From NCBI RefSeq assembly GCF_028641065.1, contig NC_073378.1, positions 138,632,001-138,696,000 of the forward strand: a stretch of 64,000 nt of DNA. The letters are read 5' to 3'. Below, in pieces: positions 12,184-25,039 of this stretch. Within the stretch, counting starts at the first letter, position 1, and each line of letters opens with the position of its first letter. The translations under genes and the position numbers were made by a program. The notes under the pieces are model-generated. The model was not told the DNA's origin and did not search any database. It was given only the letters and a program-made list of their open reading frames with translations. Source of the stretch: Leucoraja erinacea. Taxonomy: Eukaryota.

Positions 12184-12531
12184 CTGTGGGACCGTTGTTT
12201 CCGTTGCTTTGACGACAATTATCTTCAATTGTGATGGATTCATCGGTCGATATGTGAACATTTTCTTGCCGGGACAGGATAAAATCTTGACCTTGTGCGA
12301 GGTTGAGGTCTTTACTTCAATACTTCCTACCATCGATACCTTGTTAAAACCGAAGCCGTATCCCCCTTCCGCACACGAAAGGGAAAAGCTAACCACCACC
12401 AATACCCCTTCACTAAAGGGAACGAAACAGCCGCCTTCATTTGGAAAAGAAACGACGCCCCAGTCAACAAAGGGAACGAAAATACCGTCCATACCTGGAA
12501 CGACTATCCAGCCAAGAACCGGAAAAAAACG
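12184..12531 (+). CDS. FTLD 4 exon B, with a 1-nt insertion at its 3' end (frameshift or sequence error)
   Basis: Near-identical to exon B3 but GGAAAAAAAcG|gtacgt; 348 nt instead of 347. Confidence 0.7.
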
Positions 12532-13344
12532 GTACGTTGCTATTGGGAGCGAATCTACCATTGGGAACTGGAACAGGTAGACTCATCGCTTCGCCAAGAC
12601 GTGGAGACATTCTCAGCAACAAAATATATCAGCCACTGATACAATTTCCGGACGGAGGGAATCATGTTAGACCGAGATTTAGTCCCTTCCGGCTAAAACA
12701 CATCCCCCCTCGTCTCTTTCTCAATGGCATGACATCTTATTCTGAATCTGTGCCCTCTGGTCCTAGATTCCCCCACAACTGGGAACGTGCTCTCTACATT
12801 CACACTATCCAAGCCTTTCAATGTCCGATAAGATTCAATGAAATCCCCAATAATCCATTACTACTCCAGCGAATACAGGGCCCGGAACAGTAAGTGGGTC
12901 TCCATATGTTACCGTAATCAACCCAGCGATCACTCTCGTAATCCCCCACTGGACCCTCCACAATGCCAGCACATCTCAGATATGGGGCCGAAAACTGTTC
13001 ACAATATTACAAATGCGCGCTGCCCAGTGCCTTTTACCCCCCTGCTTTAACATTCTAGCTCTCTGGATATAAATGCAAAGAATGAATTTGCCTTTCTTAA
13101 CACCGGTTCAACTTGCAAATAAACATATTGGGAATCCAGCACCAGCACTCCCAAGTCCATTTGCACACCCGATTTCTGAATCACAAATGTGCCCTTCCTG
13201 AACAGAGCACTCGTCCTTGATGAGTACCCTGTTCCTGCTTTTTCCCCCAATATCCCTTGAATCCGTTATACCTGAGAGCTATAGCTTACTTTCACTTCAA
13301 TGCACCTTGCCTTTCGGCTCAGTGAGATGTTTCCGTCCCCACAG

Positions 13345-13624
13345 AAAACGTGGCGTGGGGAGCAAGTCCGACCCAGTCCAGCACGGAAGAAGGAGCAGGC
13401 GCTGAAGGAGCCATTGACGGGAACAGCGACAGCGACTTCTGGAAAGGTTCATGCGCGCGCACCAGGAAATCCAAGGACCCTTGGTGGAGAGTCGATCTAA
13501 AATCAAGCAATTACGTGACAGATGTAAGAATCACCAACAGAGCAGACTGCTGCTCGGACCAGCTCCTAGGAGCAGAGCTCCGCATCGGGGACTCGCTGGA
13601 AAACGATGGCAATTCCAACAGACT
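13345..13624 (+). CDS. FTLD 5 exon A
   Basis: cacag|AA AAC GTG...AGA CT|gtaagt, 280 nt. Confidence 0.88.
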
Positions 13625-15645
13625 GTAAGTGTTCTTAAGCAATCGCCGACTCAAGTCACAAGCGTTGACTTCTTCTGAAATTTTCGCTGTTACTGGAGCA
13701 ATGGTAATATCAGTGGGAAAAAGATAGTTGCTGCAGGATAACAATGATCTCACTGCACATCAAATTAAAATTATTCTCCGCTGATCCATGGAAACATTGA
13801 AACCTAGAAAATAGGTGCAGGAGAAGACCATTCGCCACTTCGAGCTTGCACAGCCATTCATTGTGATCATGGCTGATCGTCCCCTATAAATAACTCGTGT
13901 CTACCTTCTCCCCCTAGATTCCACTGGCCCCTAGAGCTCTATCTAAGTCCAGATGCGAGAGAAAATGATTCAGAGCCGTAGTCCAGTTATCCAATGACAC
14001 GAGCCTTTATCGCACCTCAAAAGCGGTGGGGTCATAGAAACATAGACACATAGGTGCAGGAAGAGGCCATTCGGCCCTTCGACGCAGCACCGCCATTCAT
14101 TGTGATCATGGCTGATCGTCCGCTATCAATCACCCGTGCCTGCCTTCTCAACATATCCCTTGACTACACTAGCCCCCAAAGCTCCACCTAACGTTCTCTT
14201 AAATCCATCCAGTGATTTGGCCTCCACTGCGCTCTGTGGCAGGGAATTCCATCAATTCACAACTCTCTGGGTGAAAACGTGTTTTCACACCTCAGTCTTG
14301 AATTACCTCCCCTTTATTCTAAGATTGTGGCCCCTGGTTCTAGACTCGCCCAACATTGGGAACAGTTTCCCTGCATCTAGATAGCCCAATCCTTTTAGAA
14401 CTTTATATGTTTCTATATGATCCCCCTCCTCCTTCTAAATTCCACTGAATACAATCCTAATCATTTTAATCAATCCTCGCATGACAGTCCCGCCTTCCCA
14501 GGGATCAATTTCGTGAACCTATGCTGCACCGCCTGAATCACAAGGATGTCCTTCCTCAAATTAGGAGACCAAAACGGCACACAATACCCCAGATGTGGTC
14601 TCACCAGAGCCCTATTGAATTGCAGAAGAACCTCTTTTCGCCTATACTGAAATCCTCTTGTTATGAAAGCCAACATTCCATTAGCGTTCTTCACTGCCTG
14701 CCGTACTTGCACGCCAACTTTCAGTGACCGGTGTACAAGGACGCCCAGGTCTTGCTGCACCTCCCCCTCAATGAAAGGAGATGCATTAATATATAATTTA
14801 AGTTAATTCAAGTTATGTAATGATGAACAATCTGATTGCGGTGGAAATAGTCAGGTAATCAATGCCCATGAGTAAGGATCATGCAACATCTAGCCAGTCA
14901 ATGCGGCCAACGTGCAGGAATGAACTACAGGATCAGTTCATGTGGACTGGCGTGCAGCTAATGTAACCCTACTTTTTAAGAAAGGATGCTGAGAGAAAAC
15001 TGGGAATTATAGTCCACTTGTCTTGACATCGGTAGCGGGGAACATGCTTGAGTGAATTATTAGAGATGTAATAGCAACGCATTCGGAAAGCAGTGACAGG
15101 ATCGGTCAAAGTCAGCATGGATTTAAAAGGGGAAATCATGCTTGACTAATTTATTGAGGATATAACACGCAGAATGGATAAGGGAGAGATAGTGGATGTG
15201 GTATATCTGGATATTAAAAAAAAAAACGCCTTTGCAAAGTCCCACACACGAGATTAGCGTGCAAAATTTGAGCACATGGTATTGCGACTAAGGTATTGTT
15301 ATGGCTAGAGAACAGGTTGGCACAGAACACGCAAAGAGTAGAGTTTAACGGGTCCTTTTCGGAATGGCAGGCAGTGGGGTAACGCAAGGTTCAGTGCTGA
15401 GACCCACTTTATTTACAATATATATTGACGACTTAGACGAAGGAATTAAATGTCACATCTCGAAGTATGCGGATGACAAAAAGCTGGGTGGCAGTTTGAG
15501 ATACCAGGAAGATGCTATGGGGATGCACGGTGACTTGGATAGGTTCAGTTGGTGGGCAGATGCATGACAGATGATGATTAAAAAAATGCATTCTTTTGCG
15601 TAGTGATCGAGATAGAGGAGTCTCACTTTCAAACATCTCTTTCAG

Positions 15646-15992
15646 CTGTGGGACCGTTGTTTCCGTTGCTTTGACGACAATTATCTTCAATTGTGATGGA
15701 TTCATCGGTCGATATGTGAACATTTTCTTGCCGGGACAGGATAAAATCTTGACCTTGTGCGAGGTTGAGGTCTTTACTTCAATACTTCCTACCATCGATA
15801 CCTTGTTAAAACCGAAGACGTATCCCCCTTCCGCACACGAAAGGGAAAAGCTAACCACCACCAATACCCCATCACTAAAGGGAAAGAAACAGCCGCCTTC
15901 ATTTGGAAAGGAAACGACGCCCCAGTCAACAAAGGGAACGAAAATACCGTCCATACCTGGAACGACTATCCAGCCAAGAACCGGAAAAAAAG
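15646..15992 (+). CDS. FTLD 5 exon B with long linker
   Basis: 347 nt to AAG|gtacgt; alternative in-frame donor at 16037. Confidence 0.83.
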
Positions 15993-16804
15993 GTACGTTG
16001 CTATTGGGAGCGAATCTACCATTGGGAACTGGAACAGGTAGACTCATCGCTTCGCCAAGACGTGGAGACATTCTCAGCCACAAAATATATCAGCCACTGA
16101 TACAATTTCCGGACGGAGGGAATCATGTTAGACCGAGATTTAGTCCCTTCCGGCTAAAACACATCCCCCCTCGTCTCTTTCTCAATGGCATGACATCTTA
16201 TTCTGAATCTGTGCCCTCTGGTCCTAGATTCCCCCACAACTGGGAACGTGCTCTCTACATTCACACTATCCAAGCTTTTCTATGTCCGATAAGATTCAAT
16301 GAAATCCCCAATAATCCATTACTACTCCAGCGAATACAGGGCCCGGAACAGTCGGTGGATCTCCATATGTTACCGTAATCATCCCAGCGCTCACTCTCGT
16401 AATCCCCCACTGGACCCTCCACAATGCCAGCACATCTCAGATATGGGGCCGAAAACCGTTCACAATATTACAAATGCGCGCTGCCCAGTGCCTTTTACCC
16501 CCCTGCTTTAACATTCTAGCTCTCTGGATATAAATGCAAATAATGAATTTGCCTTTCTTAACACCGGTTCAACTTGCAAATAAACATATTGGGAATCCAG
16601 CACCAGCACTCCCAAGTCCATTTGCACACCCGATTTCTGAATCACAAATATGCCCTTCCTGAACAGAGCACTCGTCCTTGATGAGTACCCTGTTCCTGCT
16701 TTTCCCCCCAATATCCCTTGAATCCGTTATACCTGAGAGCTATAGCTTACATTCACTTAAATGCATCTTGCCTTTCGGCTCAGTGAGATGTTCCCTCTCC
16801 ACAG

Positions 16805-17084
16805 AAAACGTGGCGTGGGGAGCAAGTCCGACCCAGTCCAGCACGGAAGAAGGGGCAGGCGCTGAAGGAGCCATTGACGGGAACAGCGACAGCGACTTCT
16901 GGAAAGGTTCATGCGCGCGCACCAGGAAATCCAAGGACCCTTGGTGGAGAGTCGATCTAAAAGAAAGCTATTACGTGACAGAAGTAAGAATCACCAACAG
17001 AGCAGACTGCTGCTCGGACCAGCTCCTAGGAGCAGAGCTCCGCATCGGGGACTCGCTGGAAAACGATGGCAATTCCAACAGACT
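16805..17084 (+). CDS. FTLD 6 exon A
   Basis: cacag|AA AAC GTG...AGA CT|gtaagt, 280 nt. Confidence 0.88.
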
Positions 17085-17227
17085 GTAAGTGTTCTTAAGC
17101 AATCGCCGAGTCAAGTCACAAGCGTTGACTTAGAAACATAGAAACATAGAAATTAGGTGCAGGAGTAGGCCATTCGGCCCTTCGAACCTGCACCGCCATT
17201 TAATATGATCATGGCTGATCATCCAAC

Positions 17228-20201
17228 TCAGTATCCCGTACCTGCCTTTTCTCCATACCCTCTGATCCCCTTGGCCACAAGGGCCACATCTAACTCCCTC
17301 TTAAATATAGCCAATGAACTGGCCTCAACTACCCTCTGTGGCAGAGAGTTCCAGAGATTCACCACTCTCTGTGTGAAAAAAGGTCTCCTCATCTCGGTTT
17401 TTTAAAGGATTTCCCCCTTATCCTTAAGCTGTGACCCCTTGTCCTGGACTTCCCCAACATCGGAAACAATCTTCCTGCATCTAGCCTGTCCAACCCCTTA
17501 AGAATTTTGTAAGTTTCTATAAGATCCCCTCTCAATCTCCTAAACTCTAGAGAGTATAAACCAAGTCTATCCAGTCTTTCTTCATAAGACAGTCCTGACA
17601 TCCCAGGAATCAGTCTGGTGAACCTTCTCTGCACTCCCTCTATGGCAATAATGTCCTTCCTCAGATTTGGAGACCAAAACTGCACGCAATACTCCAGGTG
17701 TGGTCTCACCAAGACCCTATACAACTGCAGTAGAACCTCCCTGCTCCTATACTCAAATCCTCTTGCTATGAAGGCCAACATGCCATTCGCTTTCTTTACT
17801 GCCTGCTGCACCTGCATGCCTACCTTCAATGACTGGTGTACCATGACACCCAGGTCTCGCTGCATCTCCCCGTTTCCCAATCGGCCACCGTTTAGATAAT
17901 AATCTGCTTTCCCGTTTTTTTGGCACCAAGATGGATAACCTCACATTTATCCACATTAAACTGCATCTGCCAAACATTTGCCCACTCACCCAGCCTATCC
18001 AAGTCACCTTGCAGTCTCCTAGCATCCTCCTCACACCTAACACTGCCCCCCAGCTTAGTGTCATCCGCAAACTTGGAGATATTGCCTTCAATTCCCTCAT
18101 CCAGATCATTAATATATATTGTAAATAGCTGGGGTCCCAGTACTGAGCCTTGCGGTACCCCACTAGTCACTGCCTGCCATTGTGAAAAGGACCCGTTTAC
18201 TCCTACTCTTTGCTTCCTGTTTGCCAGCCAGTTCTCTATCCACATCAATACTGAACCCCCAATGCCATGTGCTTTAAGTTTGTATACTAATCTCTTATGT
18301 GGGACCTTGTCGAAAGCCTTCTGGAAGTCCAGATACACCACATCCACTGGTTCTCCCCTATCCACGCTACTAGTTACATCCTCGAAAAATTCTATAAGAT
18401 TCGTCAGACATGATTTACCTTTCGTAAATCCATGCTGACTTTGTCCAATGATTTCACCACTTTCTAAATGTGCTGCTATCCCATCTTTAATAACTGACTC
18501 TAGCAGTTTCCCCACTACCGATGTTAGGCTAACTGGTCTGTAATTCCCCGTTTTCTCTCTCCCTCCCTTCTTAAAAAGTGGGGTTACGTTTGCTACCCGC
18601 CAATCCTCTGGAACTACTCCAGAATCTAAGGAGTTTTGAAAGATTATTACTAATGCATCCACTATTTCTGGAGCTACTTCCTTAAGTACTCTAGGATGCA
18701 GCCTATCTGGCCCTGGGGATTTATCGGCCTTTAATCCATTCAATTTACCCAACACCACTTCCCGACTAACCTGGATTTCACTCAATTCCTCGCGGGCCCC
18801 TGCTATTTCCGGCAGATCATTTATGTCTTCCTTAGTGAAGACGGAACCAAAGTAGTTATTCAATTGGTCCGCCATATCCTGGTTCCCCATGATCAACTCA
18901 CCTGTTTCTGACTGCAAGGGACCTACATTTGTTTTAACTAATCTCTTTCTTTTCACATATCTATAAAAACTTTTGTAGTCAGATTTTATGTTCACTGCCA
19001 GTTTTCTTTCATAATCCATTTTTCCTTTTCTAATTAAGCCCTTCGTCCTCCTCTGCTGGTCTCTGAATTTCTCCCAGTCCTCCGGTATGCTGCTTTTTCT
19101 GGCTAGTTTGTACGCATCATCCTTTGCTTTGATACTATCCCTGATTTCCCTTGTTATCCATGGATGCACTACCTTCCCTGATTTATTATTTTGCCAAACT
19201 GGGATGAACAATTTTTGTAGTTCATCCATGCAGTCTTTAAATGCCTTCCATTGCATATCCACCGTCAACCCTTTTAGAATTAATTGCCAGTCAATCTTGG
19301 CCAATTCACGTCTCATACCCTCAAAGTTACCTTTCTTTAAGTTCAAAACCATTGTTTCTGAATTAACAATGTCACTCTCCATCCTAATGAAGAACTCAAC
19401 CATATTATGGTCACTCTTGCCCAAGGGGCCACGCACAACAAGACTACTAACTAACCCTTCCTCATTACTCAATACCCAGTCTAAAATAGCCAGCTCTCTC
19501 GTTGGTTCCTCTACATGTTGGTTTAGATAACTATCCCGTATACATTCCAAGAAATCCTCTTCCTCAGCACCCCTGCCAGTTTGATTCACCCAATCTATAT
19601 GTAGATTGAAGTCACCCATTATAACTGCTTTGCCTTTGTCGCAAGCATTTCTAATTTCCTGTTTGATGCCATCCCCAACTTCACTACTACTGTTAGGTGG
19701 CCTGTACACAACACCCACCAGCGTTTTCTGCCCCTTATTGTTTCGCAGCTCTACCCATACCGATTCCACATCCTCCAAACTAATGTCCTTCCTTTCCATT
19801 GCGTTAATCTCCTCTCTAACCTGCAACACTACCCCACCTCCTTTTCCTTTCTCTCTATCCCTCCTGAATATTGAATATCCCGGGATGTTCAGCTCCCAGC
19901 CTTGGTCACCCTGGAGCCATGTCTCCGTGATCCCAACTATATCATAATCATTAATGGCTATCTGCACGTTCAACTCATCCACCTTATTACGAATACTCCT
20001 TGCATTGAGACACAAAGCCTTCAGGCTTGTTTTTACAACGCTCTTACCCCTTATACAATTATGTTGAAAAGTGGCCCTTTTTGATTTTTGCCCTGGTTTT
20101 GTCTGCCTGCCACTTTTACTTTTCACCTTGCTACCTATTGCTTCTACCTTCATTTTACACCCCCCTGCCCCTCTGCTCTTGTACCCATCCCCCTGCCACA
20201 T
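17228..20201 (-). CDS. CR1 ORF2 (APE endonuclease + reverse transcriptase); two frameshifts in A-runs near the 3' end
   Basis: [61 protein letters not shown]; continues via ORF 17389-17880 to TEMRR..GTGY* at 17228. Confidence 0.88.
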
Positions 20202-21152
20202 TAGTTTAAATCCTCCCCGACAGCAGTAGCACACACCCCCCCAAGGACATTGGTTCCATTCCATTCCAGGTGCAGACCGTCCTGTTTGTACTGGTCCCAC
20301 CTCCCCCAGAACTGGTTCCAATGCCCTAAAAATTTTAATCCCTCCCCCTTGCACCATTTTTCAAGCCACGTATTCATCTGCAATATCCTCCTATTTCTGC
20401 TCTGACTGGCCCGTGGTACTGGTAGTAATCCAGAGATTATTACCTTTGAGGTCCTACTTTTAAGCTTATCTCCTAGCTCCCTAAATTCATCCTTTAGGAC
20501 CTCATCCCTTTTTTTACCTATATCGTTGGTGCCAATATGCACCACGACAACTGGCTGTTCACCCTCCCCCTCCAGAATGTTCTGCAGCCGTTCAGTGACA
20601 TCCCTGACCCTTGCACCAGGGAGGCAACATACCATCCTGGAGTCTCTTTTGCGGCCGCAGAAACGCCTATCTATTCCCCTGACAATTGAATCCCCTATTA
20701 CTATTGCCCTTCCACTCTTTCCCCCCCCCCCCCTCATGTGCCGCAGAGCCACCCATGGTGCCATGAACTTGGCTGCTGCTGCATTCCCCTGATGAGCAAT
20801 CTCCCTCAACAGTTTCCAAAATGGTATACCTGTTTAGGAGGGAGATGACTGCAGGGGACTCCTGCACTACCTGCCTACTGCTTTGCTGACTATTGGCCAC
20901 CCGTTCCCCTTCCGTCCTCTTACCTTTTACCTGCGGTGTGACCAACTCACTGTACGTGCTGTCCACGACTTTCTCAGTGTCGTGGATGCTCCAGTATGAA
21001 TCCAACCGCAGCTCCAATCGTTCAATGCGGTCTGCCAGGAGCTGCAGCTGTACACACTTCCTGCAAACATAGTCACCAGGGACACCGACCATATCCCTGA
21101 TCTCCCACATGTTGCAGGCTGAGCAAACCACGGGGCCAATCTCCACCGACAT
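20201..21152 (-). CDS. CR1 ORF1 (CxxC..CxxC zinc finger, leucine zipper, SGNH/GDSL esterase); one frameshift in the homopolymer at 20721-20733
   Basis: ORF 20667-21152 ([30 protein letters not shown]) continues in ORF 20201-20809 ([28 protein letters not shown]). Confidence 0.85.
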
Positions 21153-21232
21153 ATCCTACTCCCAATTTAACTATATTAAATATTGAAAAACACAAAACTT
21201 TATCTGTTAAACTTTACTAATAAATACTGTAC

Positions 21233-21301
21233 CCTTATCTCCCAGAATCCTTATCTCCCAGAATCCTTATCTCCCAGAATCCTTATCTCCCAGAATCCTT
21301 A
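21233..21301. repeat. 16-bp minisatellite x4.3 in the LINE 5' UTR
   Basis: ccttatctcccagaat repeated four times plus cctta. Confidence 0.9.
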
Positions 21302-21387
21302 GCCTAAAGGCAAAAATGTAAAAATGTAAACCAATCAGAGGCTTCCCCCAGACTCCTTCTCTGGAACGTTTGCGTTTTGGTCGCAGG

Positions 21388-21912
21388 TTACAGCGCAGGT
21401 ACTCCTCCCCTCTCACCAACGGCTCCCTGGGCCTCTGTGGAAACAAGCCCCGCGGTGTATTTTATACTTACAGCGCAGGTACTCCTCCCCTCTCACCAAC
21501 GGCTCCCTGGGCCTCTGTGGAAACAAGCCCCGCGGTGTATTTTATACTTACAGCGCAGGTACTCCTCCCCTCTCACCAACGGCTCCCTGGGCCTCTGTGG
21601 AAACAAGCCCCGCGGTGTATTTTATACTTACAGCGGTACTCCTCCCCTCTCTCGGCAACGGCTCCCTGGGCCTCTGTGGAAACAAGCCCCGCGGTGTATT
21701 TTATACTTACAGCGCAGGTACTCCTCCCCTCTCACCAACGGCTCCCTGGGCCTCTGTGGAAACAAGCCCCGCGGTGTATTTTATACTTACAGCGCAGGTA
21801 CTCCTCCCCTCTCACCAACGGCTCCCTGGGCCTCTGTGGAAACAAGCCCCGCGGTGTATTTTGTACTTACAGCGCAGGTACTCCTCCCCTCTCTCGGCAA
21901 CGGCTCCCTGGG
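21388..21912 (-). repeat. About 6.5 tandem 80-bp monomers at the 5' end of the CR1 LINE
   Basis: + strand unit ttacagcgcaggtactcctcccctctcaccaacggctccctgggcctctgtggaaacaagccccgcggtgtattttatac repeats with 80-bp period. Confidence 0.92.
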
Positions 21913-23880
21913 ACTTCTTCTGCAATTTTCGCTGTCACTGGAGCAATGGTAATATCAGTGGGAAAAAGATAGTTGCTGCAGGATAACAATGATGTCACTG
22001 CACATCAAATTAAAATTATTCTCCGCTGATCCATGGAAACATTGAAACCTAGAAAATAGGTGCAGGAGAAGACCAATCGCCCCTTGAGCTTGCACAGCCA
22101 TTCGTTGTGATCATGACTGATCGTCCCCTATAAATAACTCGTGTCTACCTTCTCCCCCTAGATTCCACTGGCCCCTAGAGCTCTATCTAAGTCCAGATGC
22201 GAGAGAAAATGATTCAGAGCCGTAGTCCAGTTATCCAATGACACGAGCCTTTATCGCACCTCAATAGCAGTGGGGTCATAGAAACATAGAAACATAGGTG
22301 CATGAAGAGGCCATTCGGCCCTTCGAGCCAGCACCGCCATTCATTGTGATCATGGCTGATCGTCCGCTATCAATCACCCGTGCCTGCCTTCTCCACATAT
22401 CCCTTGACTACACTAGCCCCGAGAGCTCCACCTAACGTTCTCTTAAATCCATCCAGTGATTTGGCCTCCACTGCGCTCTGTGGCAGGGAATTCCATCAAT
22501 TCACAACTCTCTGGGTGAAAACGTGTTTTCTCACCTCAGTCTTGAATTACCTCCCCTTTATTCTAAGATTGTGGCCCCTGGTTCTAGACTCGCCCAACAT
22601 TGGGAACAGTTTCCCTGCATCTAGATAGCCCAATCCTTTTAGAACTTTATATGTTTCTATATGATCCCCCTCCTCCTTCTAAATTCCACTGAATACAATC
22701 CTAATCATTTTAATCAATCCTCGCATGACAGTCCCGCCTTCCCAGGGATCAATTTCGTGAACCTATGCTGCACCGCCTGAATCACAAGGATGTCCTTCCT
22801 CAAATTAGGAGACCAAAACGGCACACAATACCCCAGATGTGGTCTCACCAGAGCCCTATTGAATTGCAGAAGAACCTCTTTTCGCCTATACTGAAATCCT
22901 CTTGTTATGAAAGCCAACATTCCATTAGCGTTCTTCACTGCCTGCCGTACTTGCACGCCAACTTTCAGTGACCGGTGTACAAGGACGCCCAGGTCTTGCT
23001 ACACCCCCCCCCCCCTCAATGAAAGGAGATGCATTAATCTATAATTTAAGTTATGTAATGATGAACAATCGGATTGCGGTGGAAATAGTCAGGTAATCAA
23101 TGCCCATGAGTAAGGATCATGCAACATCTAGCCAGTCAATGCGGCCAACGTGCAGGAATGAACTACAGGATCAGTTCATGTGGACTGGCGTGCAGCTAAT
23201 GTAACCCTACTTTTTAACAAAGGATGCTGAGAGAAAACTGGGAATTATAGTCCACTTGTCTTGACATCGGTAGCGGGGAACATGCTTGAGTGAATTATGA
23301 AAGATGTAATAGCAACGCATTCGGAAAGCAGTGACAGGATCGGTCAAAGTCAGCATGGATTTAAAAGGGGAAATCATGCTTGACTAATTTATTGAGGATA
23401 TAACACGCAGAATGGATAAGGGAGAGATAGTGGATGTGGTATATCTGGATATTAAAAAAAACGCCTTTGCAAAGTCCCACACACGAGATTAGCGTGCAAA
23501 ATTTGAGCACATGGTATTGCGAGTAAGGTATTGTTATGGCTAGAGAACAGGTTGGCACAAAACACGCAAAGAGTAGAGTTTAACGGGTCCTTTTCGGAAT
23601 GGCAGGCAGTGGGGTTACGCAAGGTTCAGTGCTGAGACCCACTTTATTTACAATATATATTGACGACTTAGACGAAGGAATTAAATGTCACATCTCGAAG
23701 TATGCGGATGACAAAACGCTGGGTGGCAGTTTGAGATACCAGGAAGATGCTATGGGGATGCACGGTGACTTGGATAGGTTCAGTTGGTGGGCAGATGCAT
23801 GACAGATGATGATTAAAAAAATGCTTTCTTTTGCGTAGTGATCGAGATAGAGGAGTCTCACTTTCAAACATCTCTTTCAG

Positions 23881-24227
23881 CTGTGGGACCGTTGTTTCCG
23901 TTGCTTTGACGACAATTATCTTCAATTGTGATGGATTCATCGGTCGATATGTGAACATTTTCTTGCCGGGACAGGATAAAACCTTGACCTTGTGCGAGGT
24001 TGAGGTCTTTACTTCAATACTTCCTACCATCGATACCTTGTTAAAACCGAAGACGTATCCCCCTTCCGCACACGAAAGGGAAAAGCTAACCACCACCAAT
24101 ACCCCTTCACTAAAGGGAAAGAAACAGCCGCCTTCATTTGGAAAGGAAACGACGCCCCAGTCAACAAAGGGAACGAAAATACCGTCCATACCTGGAACGA
24201 CTATCCAGCCAAGAACCGGAAAAAAAG
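23881..24227 (+). CDS. FTLD 6 exon B with long linker
   Basis: tttcag|C TGT...AAG|gtacgt, 347 nt. Confidence 0.83.
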
Positions 24228-25039
24228 GTACGTTGCTATTGGGAGCGAATCTACCATTGGGAACTAGAACAGGTAGACTCATCGCTTCGCCAAGACGTGG
24301 AGACATTCTCAGCCACAAAATATATCAGCCACTGATACAATTTCCGGACGGAGGGAATCATGTTAGACCGAGATTTAGTCCCTTCCGGCTAAAACACATC
24401 CCCCCTCGTCTCTTTCTCAATGGCATGACATCTTATTCTGAATCTGTGCCCTCTGGTCCTAGATTCCCCCACAACTGGGAACGTGCTCTCTACATTCACA
24501 CTATCCAAGCCTTTCAATGTCCGATAAGATTCAATGAAATCCCCAATAATCCATTACTGCTCCAGCGAATACAGGGCCCGGAACAGTCAGTGGATCTCCA
24601 TATGTTACCGTAATCATCCCAGCGATCACTCTCGTAATCCCCCATGGACCCTCCACAATGCCAGCACATCTCAGATATGGGGCCGAAAACCGTTCACAAT
24701 ATTACAAATGCGCGCTGCCCAGTGCCTTTTACCCCCCTGCTATAACATTCTAGCTCTCTGGATATAAATGCAAATAATGAATTTGCCTTTCTTAACACCG
24801 GTTCAACTTGCAAATAAACATATTGGGAATCCAGCACCAGCACTCCCAAGTCCATTTGCACACCCGATTTCTGAATCACAAATATGCCCTTTCTGAACAG
24901 AGCACTCGTCCTTGATGAGTACCCTGTTCCTGCTTTTTCCCCCCAATATCCCTTGAATCCGTTATACCTGAGAGCTATAGCTTACATTCACTTAAATGCA
25001 TCTTGCCTTTCGGCTCAGTGAGATGTTCCCTCTCCACAG

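Larger units (their letters stand above)
17132..21911 (-). mobile_element. Full-length CR1-clade LINE, young insertion in one tandem copy
   Basis: Absent from the six sister copies; GACTT duplicated at 17127-17131 and 21912-21916; 3' (TTTCTATG)n tail; ORF1 zinc finger/leucine zipper + SGNH esterase; ORF2 APE endonuclease + RT. Confidence 0.95.

Noticed and set aside
15596-16378. 260-268 aa ORFs (also 23831, 27262, 30708) as stand-alone genes
   Set aside because: They are exon B plus intronic read-through; the tail is broken in sister copies (stop at 34694-34696, frameshifts in copies 3 and 4) and runs into CR1 remnants.
21388-21912. Regular repeats resembling a CRISPR array, and the 129-200 aa ORFs across them
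   Set aside because: No unique spacers, no cas genes, eukaryotic context; the ORFs arise from a stop-poor tandem repeat inside the LINE.
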